IMG/VR virus record: IMGVR_UViG_3300045988_169015
Span: 1-64,000 of that record
Length of the DNA: 64,000 nucleotides
Source: a virus
Strand: one strand, 5' to 3'
Position numbers and translations under genes: made by a program. The notes under the pieces were generated by a model, which was not told where the DNA came from, did not search any database, and saw nothing but the letters and a program-made list of their open reading frames with translations. This document shows, piece after piece, positions 1 to 7,200 of this stretch (its first letter is position 1; each line of letters begins with the position of its first letter).

Positions 1-89
1 ATTTTTTTTTACCATTTATGATTACAATCATTACATTATTTGATATGTGTTATATCATTTTAATATCAATAAAAGAAAGGAATTAATCA

Positions 90-353
90 ATGAGTAAAAA
101 AAGAGTCGTATTGACGAAAGAAAGCAGCGATTATATTACAGTCATGTCTCCACCAACTCCAGAACCAATAAAAATTGTGGAATTTGAAAAAAAAGGAATC
201 AATCTACGAGAGATTTTAATAATTGCTATTACTTCATTTATTATTGGATTTATCCTTTTTAAAATTATCTTCCTTTTTTCTGTGTTTAAAGCAAAAGCAA
301 TAAAATATTTTATTAAATCCTTCGTCATCAATGGCGAAGGATTTTATTTATGA
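90..353 (+). CDS. small membrane protein (hypothetical)
   Basis: 87-aa ORF with AAAGGA upstream of the ATG and one hydrophobic helix (ILIIAITSFIIGFILFKIIFLF). No recognisable family. Confidence 0.35.
   Translation: MSKKRVVLTKESSDYITVMSPPTPEPIKIVEFEKKGINLREILIIAITSFIIGFILFKIIFLFSVFKAKAIKYFIKSFVINGEGFYL
317..349. terminator. stem-loop terminator between convergent genes
   Basis: 8-bp stem ATCCTTCG/CGAAGGAT with a 10-nt loop, followed by TTTTATTTA. It lies between the 3' ends of the 90-353 (+) and 348-2297 (-) ORFs. Confidence 0.5.
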
Positions 354-2297
354 AACGATGTCAATAATTGTATCAAAGTATAGAAGCACAAATTGACGGA
401 CATCACTACAGAGATTTTTATCACAATGATTATTGTCAATCCATTGTTTATAACAAGCAATTACATTACCGAGATATCCCTTACCGTATATTGACTGTGC
501 TTTATTCCAGAATTCATCTATTGGATTTTCTTCGGATAGATTAAACGCTAAAAACATCTTATTATATCCTAAGTTTTCAACCTGTGTTTTTAATTTCACA
601 AAAGCATTTTTCTCAGCGAACATATATGACTTAGCATAATCGGATAACTGAGGATCAATAGATGATAGCAAATCATCAATCTGATTTTTATAACAAGATA
701 TTTCCTGTGAGACAATGTTCCACAAGTACACTTGTATTTTAGCGTAAATATCACACTTTTCCCATTCACCATACATTTCAGTTGTTTTTCTGACGCTTGC
801 CCAATGAATTGTATTTTTTATAGTGTCAAACATTGAATCAAAAGAATTAAGAATGCGTTTATTAGTTGTAATCGTTGGCATCACTTGTGACTTAAATTCT
901 TCGAGTTTACTGGCCACCCTATTACGTTCACGGTCAAGTGCTGTTGGCTGCTTTTTCAGGCTGTTAAATATATTCTGAGCTCGTTGAGAAATATCATCGG
1001 CTTCAGAAATAAGGGAATTACGGAAATCATCTTTTACTTTGGTAATACTTTTAGAAAAATCCTCTCGGCAGTCATTGGCGATTTCAGAATCAATGTCGGC
1101 AATAACATAGTGTTGTTTTGAAGACGGATCGTCCTTTTTGCGAGGTGTTTTCATCATTGAATATGCTTCTAAAGCATTGAAGAAAATGGTATTCTTGTTA
1201 TAATAGTTCAGTCTGTTCGATCTTATACAGGTATCGATTTCTGAAATTTTTATTCTTTCTCCATCTTTTTCATCTTCTGCTTCACAAACACTGTCAAGCT
1301 CACTATCTCTACAAGCAATAACGAGGGATAATCTTGGAATAATATCGGTATTTTCTTTAATTACCCACGAATTAAATATGGGATACAATTCTTTGTTGAT
1401 AGGAGACGTTATTTTATCAAGAATAATATTGATAGTGTTATCCTGCTGAATCAGATTTTTAATGTCTATGCGTCCCTCTCCGTCAAAGCCTCGAGTATCT
1501 ATAATTTCATCGGCCCATTCGGGCAATGGAAGTTCGAAATCATTTTGACAAATTTGAATGTAAATACGTTTAGGTATTGAAACCCCCGCACACTTTCCAA
1601 GATTAATATCAGAAAATGTCTTTTTAAGCCATATTTTAAAATTAAATTTGCTATCGTAGGGTATAGAGAACGTATTACGTGTTGCGATGCCCGTTCTATT
1701 GAGAATCTCATTGCAGAAAACCGCATAGTCAGCAGCTCTGTATTTCTGGCTAATTTCATTTATGATATCTTCGTCTTTAGAATAGCCATTTTCCTTGGTA
1801 AAGCCTGCCATATTTTTTATCATTCTATAAAGCTCGGCAGATTCTGTTTTATCTTCTGATTTATTATCTTCATCAGATCCGATTTCTTTGTCGAACGTTT
1901 TGTCCCACACAGAACGACAATAGCTTTTTATGCAGCTTGTTTGTTCTTTTTGACTGCAAGGCTCTATACGTATGAGAGATTTTTTACCTGTAAGAATGTG
2001 GATTTCAGCTGCGGTCGTTCTTCCGCTGGCTGTATTCAAAAGGGGTACATCGTCTTTCTTTTTACCGACAAATTTATCAGTCAATAAATTAAGATAGTTA
2101 CAAATAAGTGATGTTTTACCTACACCGGGAGCACCTATAAAAACGAGTTTATATTTATCAACGTCTAAAAGCTCGTCAATTCTATGTAAACGTTGGATAT
2201 ATTCAGATATAACTTTTTTGTTATTTGGGGAAATTACAGTATTGTATAACTCAAGATTTGACTGTGTGGTATTAATATAGTTTTGTATTTGATTCAA
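348..2297 (-). CDS. P-loop GTPase, dynamin/TRAFAC-like, with long helical C-terminal half
   Basis: TTG start with AAGGAG 9 nt upstream. G1/Walker A GAPGVGKTS (aa 55-63), candidate G2 TASGRTT and G3 DTRGFDG. Family assigned from motifs only. Confidence 0.6.
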   Translation of the reverse strand: MNQIQNYINTTQSNLELYNTVISPNNKKVISEYIQRLHRIDELLDVDKYKLVFIGAPGVGKTSLICNYLNLLTDKFVGKKKDDVPLLNTASGRTTAAEIHILTGKKSLIRIEPCSQKEQTSCIKSYCRSVWDKTFDKEIGSDEDNKSEDKTESAELYRMIKNMAGFTKENGYSKDEDIINEISQKYRAADYAVFCNEILNRTGIATRNTFSIPYDSKFNFKIWLKKTFSDINLGKCAGVSIPKRIYIQICQNDFELPLPEWADEIIDTRGFDGEGRIDIKNLIQQDNTINIILDKITSPINKELYPIFNSWVIKENTDIIPRLSLVIACRDSELDSVCEAEDEKDGERIKISEIDTCIRSNRLNYYNKNTIFFNALEAYSMMKTPRKKDDPSSKQHYVIADIDSEIANDCREDFSKSITKVKDDFRNSLISEADDISQRAQNIFNSLKKQPTALDRERNRVASKLEEFKSQVMPTITTNKRILNSFDSMFDTIKNTIHWASVRKTTEMYGEWEKCDIYAKIQVYLWNIVSQEISCYKNQIDDLLSSIDPQLSDYAKSYMFAEKNAFVKLKTQVENLGYNKMFLAFNLSEENPIDEFWNKAQSIYGKGYLGNVIACYKQWIDNNHCDKNLCSDVRQFVLLYFDTIIDIVS

Positions 2298-2328
2298 TTA
2301 TAACATCTCCTTGACATAATTTGTTATT

Positions 2329-2357
2329 ATTATAACATATTTCGTCATAGTTTACAA
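2329..2357 (-). promoter_or_regulatory. sigma-A-type promoter for the GTPase gene
   Basis: On the minus strand: TTGTAA, 17-nt spacer, TATAAT. It lies about 30 nt upstream of the RBS and TTG start at 2297. Confidence 0.5.
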
Positions 2358-2362
2358 TAGCC

Positions 2363-2395
2363 AAAAAAATAAAGGGCAACAAATTTGTTACCCTT
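2363..2395 (-). terminator. rho-independent terminator after the TIR-like/4-TM operon
   Basis: Minus strand AAGGGTAAC-aaattt-GTTGCCCTT (9-bp stem with one G-U pair) followed by TATTTTTTTGG. It starts 40 nt after the stop at 2435. Confidence 0.6.
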
Positions 2396-2434
2396 CACAA
2401 ATATTGATTAAATTTTTGTATTCTTTAGCCAAAA

Positions 2435-3016
2435 TTATATATCGTATTTTATTACATAATACGAGTGTGTGCTCCATAATATAAAATATCCTACAAAAAT
2501 AACTGTATCAATAATTAAAAAACATAATATATTGGGGGTTGAATATTCGCTTTTTATTTTCAATGATGCAACGACAAGTGAAAACAAAGGAAAAAAATAT
2601 TTATAACAGAAATTTGTAAATTTGGATATTGATTTATAGTTTTTTGTATAATCTTTTCCCTCTCTGTTAAATGTTATCTTGGAAAGTTCTGTTATTTGTT
2701 CTTCCAGATAGTCAATATATTTATATTCTCGTTCAATATATACCATTGATTGTGAATATCTTAATGTTTCATAAAATAAAGCAAGCCATAAAAAAGTTTG
2801 AAATACAGAAAATTGGTTGCTTAAGTCTAATAAATATTGTTCATTTATAAAATTAAAAATAATATTGCTATATTCGATAGGATTAAAAGTGAACAATAGA
2901 AGAATAAATAATAATATAAAAACAAGCACGAACTTTTTATCTCTTTGTTTCGTTTGTTCGGATATAACAACAAACGTTTCTTTATAATGATCGTAAAATA
3001 ACTCTAAGTTATCCAA
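2435..3016 (-). CDS. four-helix integral membrane protein (candidate effector)
   Basis: TTG start 2 nt after the upstream stop, with GAGG 7 nt upstream. Hydrophobic helices VLVFILLFILLLFTF, FQTFLWLALFY, FFPLFSLVVASL and ILCFLIIDTVIFVGYFILW flank a roughly 55-aa charged loop. Confidence 0.6.
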   Translation of the reverse strand: MDNLELFYDHYKETFVVISEQTKQRDKKFVLVFILLFILLLFTFNPIEYSNIIFNFINEQYLLDLSNQFSVFQTFLWLALFYETLRYSQSMVYIEREYKYIDYLEEQITELSKITFNREGKDYTKNYKSISKFTNFCYKYFFPLFSLVVASLKIKSEYSTPNILCFLIIDTVIFVGYFILWSTHSYYVIKYDI

Positions 3017-3018
3017 TG

Positions 3019-3453
3019 TTATGCCTCATTTAACGCTTTAATGATGGCATCTTGTGTAAATGACATTGCCCACGATGCTCCCGAGTTTAAAAATTCCTCT
3101 GGCGATTCATAAGATTTATCGATCTTTACGCCAACTAACTTGTTTTTATGCGCTTTACTTTTTGCAACCTCAAAATTAATCCAGTTTTTATAACCTATTT
3201 CTTCGCTATCAGGATGCTTCTTATTGGCTTCAGCACCTATAATGACTAAAGTATATGTTGTTGTATTGATTCGTCTTGTTAGTCCTGCTTTTATTCTTGA
3301 AATATCATTTGATTGAATTTCATCAGAAGAACAATCTTCGAAAACAAAATCCATATTTTTATTTTTATCCCAAGCATCTAAAAGGAACTTATAATGTTTG
3401 TCATTGGTATAATCAAATGAAACGAAAACTTTTTTCTTAGACATCTTAGACAT
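3019..3453 (-). CDS. TIR-like domain protein (DUF1863 / ThsB-type)
   Basis: ATG at 3453 is preceded by AAAGGAG. KKVFVSFDY, TLVIIGAE and NWINFEVAKS match the TIR-like DUF1863/ThsB pattern. The longer ORF-track start at 3516 has no RBS. Confidence 0.7.
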   Translation of the reverse strand: MSKMSKKKVFVSFDYTNDKHYKFLLDAWDKNKNMDFVFEDCSSDEIQSNDISRIKAGLTRRINTTTYTLVIIGAEANKKHPDSEEIGYKNWINFEVAKSKAHKNKLVGVKIDKSYESPEEFLNSGASWAMSFTQDAIIKALNEA

Positions 3454-3661
3454 AGTAATATCTCCTTTAAAATAAAGAATAGAGGTGAGTATCCTAATGG
3501 TTTTAAAAAAATGCAATCATAATTGGAAAATCGACCACGAATGTTTTATTTATGATGCTTATAGTCCTTTATCGCATTGTAATAAAATAAAAATAATCTA
3601 TTATAAATGCGACAAGTGCTTAAGAGTAAAAAAAGAAAAGCTGTGGTAAACCCATATATAG

Positions 3662-3690
3662 ATTATATCATATCTAATCATAAAATGCAA
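3662..3690 (-). promoter_or_regulatory. possible promoter for the TIR-like operon
   Basis: Minus strand TTGCAT, 17 nt, TATAAT. The background is AT-rich and the leader would be about 200 nt, so this is tentative. Confidence 0.3.
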
Positions 3691-3707
3691 TATAAAAATC
3701 TAATTTA

Positions 3708-4160
3708 TTACCACTTATATCCGCAATCCTTACAGTGCATAGTCTTACCCAAGTTACTACTAAACAATCCAACCAAAGCAAGACCCAAAGCTTTCTGAGC
3801 TGTGGATATTTTTTCTACATTTGTACTTCCGCAGGTAGGACACTTGGGAACAGACGTACCCTTTTTCTGCTCGGCGATTTGGTTGCGCTGCAATTCTAAA
3901 TGGCGCATTTCGATAGCATGTTCGTCTCTCAGGCGGCGCTTGTAGAACTTTTCAGAGAACTCAGGGTTTCCGTAGAGAGCGTCGGCGTTAGCATGACCAT
4001 CTGCATCTTCCTTGCTCGACCAGCTGTCATCGTCAGGAGCTTCGAATGTATAAGTGATCAAATGTTCATAGTTACAATATACGCATCTTTTATATCTGGA
4101 CGAATAATGATATCTTAGGCATCTTGGACAAATTGAATATTCAGATTTATGTATTTCCAT
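3708..4160 (-). CDS. double zinc-ribbon protein (hypothetical)
   Basis: AAGGGG RBS. CPRC..CVYC near the N-terminus and CPTCG..CKDCG near the C-terminus, separated by an acidic/charged linker. Confidence 0.55.
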   Translation of the reverse strand: MEIHKSEYSICPRCLRYHYSSRYKRCVYCNYEHLITYTFEAPDDDSWSSKEDADGHANADALYGNPEFSEKFYKRRLRDEHAIEMRHLELQRNQIAEQKKGTSVPKCPTCGSTNVEKISTAQKALGLALVGLFSSNLGKTMHCKDCGYKW

Positions 4161-4180
4161 AGTATCATCCCCTTACAATA

Positions 4181-4209
4181 ATAATATCATCAAAATAAAT
4201 AATTGTCAA
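4181..4209 (-). promoter_or_regulatory. sigma-A-type promoter for the zinc-ribbon gene
   Basis: Minus strand TTGACA, 17 nt, TATTAT, about 20 nt upstream of the RBS/ATG at 4160. It overlaps the ORF-track TTG start of the tape measure ORF. Confidence 0.5.
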
Positions 4210-7200
4210 TATTTTTAAAAACAATAATTTCTCACAATTATTGTTTTATTGATAACAGATTGAATATATTCCAACCCGCTTCGGTTATTAAGCAAATAAA
4301 AGAGCAATGGGAAAATAAAAATAATATATTTGACATTATACTTGATGAGCAAGAGATAAAAAAGGAACTTGACGACGCTAAGGGAAAAATCAAAGATTTT
4401 TCTTCTGACGCATATAAATACTGGAAAAGCATTGCTGAAGGTACAACAGAAGCAAAAGATACTATGGGTGCTTATCTTGCAACATGCGTTGCCGGCAACA
4501 GGACAGTTTCCGAAGAAGGATATCAAAAATATATTGGCTCTACCTATATTGATTATGCTCAGAACAATACCAATATTCAAAAGATATTTGACCGCTATAT
4601 TGAGCTTAAGGGTAAAATAGACGATGCACAGGCAGTTTTGGAAGAATCAAAAAATAATCTGGGACTGTTTAAGCCGTCTCTCGATGACAATGCCTACGAA
4701 CAGGCTAAGAAGGCTGTAGAAGATAACACAAAAACCGTTGAGAGTGCCCAGAAAGCATATCGTGAGTTTGATAATTCTATACGAACTGTAAATACCGGCA
4801 TAGCAGATTTTGCGCAAAAACAAACACTCGGTGCCAAGTCCGGTAAAATCTATGAACATCAGGCTCGTGCTACCGCTGCCGCCAAAACAGTAGAGGCAGC
4901 GGCTATGACAGCTGCAAATATTGCTCTATCGTTTGGAATCAGTTTGATTGTTCAGGCGGGAATTTCTGCGCTTGCTGCGTGGATAAATTCTGAGAAAGAC
5001 GCAATTAAAAAGGCAAACGAACTTGCTGATGCTTTTAATACTGAGAATGATTCTATCAATGATAATATAGATAAAATCAAAGAACTCAAAGATGCTATAG
5101 AGTCTGGGACTTTAACCGATTCAGAAGCTTATGATAAGAAAAAAGATCTTCTGGAAATTCAGAATGATTTATATAACACTTACGGAGAAGAAGCTGCAGG
5201 AATTGATCTGGTCAATGGTAAGCGTGACGAAGAAATTGCTAAGCTTAGAGAAATCCAAAAGCTTAAAGCTCAGGAAACATTAAATAACGGAGGATACGCA
5301 GGAGAAGAAGCTGCTGAGGAATACCTTGCGCAAAAAAGTAAAACCGGTTGGAATATTTTTTCATCAAGTGGAGCACTTTCAAAGTTTTCTCTTGCCGGAT
5401 TTACAGAAGCATTTTCTACAAATTCAGACGTAAAGAAAAAGTTGCGCCAAGAAGCTGAAAGACTTGGCGGACAAACAAATTTATTAAATGGCATAACAAC
5501 ATTTGATGATGTTACATATGAAGAAATGATTGAAATTTATGATTCATTGATTCAGTACATCAACGATAATTTCGAAGCCAACGATAAAGAAGCTGCCAAG
5601 TGGAGAAATAAACTTTCAGAACGCAGGCGAGATTTAGCAGAATCTGAAGATTATAAATCAAGCAAAGAAGGTTATGAGAGTGGTGCAAAAGAGCGAATTA
5701 TCGCAAATGATGATGCCTACAATTATTATCTCAAAATTCAGCAAGCCATCGATGATTACAATGAAGCTGTTGTTTCCGGTGATACTGATGAAATCAATAA
5801 GGAAATTGAAAGCCTAAGTAAATTAAAAGATGGAATATTAGACATCGAAGAAGCTGCAAATCATCAGAATGTTGCCGATTATTTCAAGGAAATGTTTAGT
5901 GTATTTGACCAAGACATATCTGAACAAAAACTGCGTGATGCAATCACAACCGGCATTAGTAATAATGGAAAATGGGGAACTATATCTAAAGCACTTAACG
6001 GTAAGACAGACGTAGAAGCAAAAGCCTACCTAAGCAATGCTGAAAATGGCCTTACTGACTTTTTGACTGTTGCACAAGAGACATTCGGTACTACAATAGA
6101 TGGTATCATTTCGGCATTTGCAGATCTCGGCATTATTGAATCTACAACATCCAGCGACACTGACGCTGTAACCAAATCGTTCTCTGTACTTGTAGAACAA
6201 ATGGATACTACGAGAGATAAAGTTGATAAATTCGATACGGCTATGTCAAAAATGATGACCGGCGAAACAATGGATAGCAGTGAAGTAAATGAAATACTCT
6301 CATTTGCTCCCGATCTTTTAAGTTCAGTTGAAAAAACAGCCAATGGATATGTTATAGCTTATGATAAAATGGCTGAAGCAAGAGAAAAGTTTGTTTCTTC
6401 CGAAAGAAAAGATATTTCAGATGAAATAAAGACAAATAAAAAAGAAGAAACAGAAATCAAAAAAGAAATAGCTGAGCTTCAAAATAATTTATATACAACT
6501 GACGATCCCGAGGAAATGCTGGCATCCTGGAAAAGTAAGCTTAATAAATATACTTCTTTAAACGATGAAGTCGGTATTAAGCAAGCTACCGAGAATATTG
6601 ATAAATATGAAAAGATCATCGAACAGAATAAGCAAATCAACGCTAAGATTGACGACAGAAAAAATAAAATCAAAGATATAAATGCCGAAACAGCTCAATA
6701 CCAATTCTTGCTCGAACAACTGGAAAACTCTACTCAGAACTGGGTGTCTATACTTGATAGTGCGGCAAATAAATTTGAGACTATAACAAGTAAAATACTT
6801 GAAATGCGTAATCAAATGGCTGCATATAACGAACTTGATCCAACTACCGCCCTTGATTTTATGCAGCAAGTTCCTGATTGGCAGAAGTATCTCAGTGTTA
6901 ATAACGGGAAAATAGTATTAAACGATCTGGATAACGCTACTCTATCTGAAATGATAAAGAAAACCAGCGGACTGGACAATGCGTATAAAGCACTGAAAAA
7001 CACTACCGATAAGCTTTCATCTGCTCAAGAAGTATTCGAGTCAAAACTTAAAGCCCTTAAAGAAAAGTTTGGCGGAGCAAATAGTGAAGGAAAAAACTCT
7101 GCTCAGATTCTTTCTGATATGCAAGCGAGTGGAAAATATACAACAAAACAACTTGAAGAAGCCGCTATGCGAATGGGCAAATTTGAAAATGGAATAAATG

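Noticed and set aside
4241-4275. Possible plus-strand promoter (TTGTTT, 18 nt, TATATT) for the tape measure operon
   Set aside because: The -35 is weak, the background is very AT-rich, and no start codon follows within about 190 nt. It is too speculative to list as a feature.
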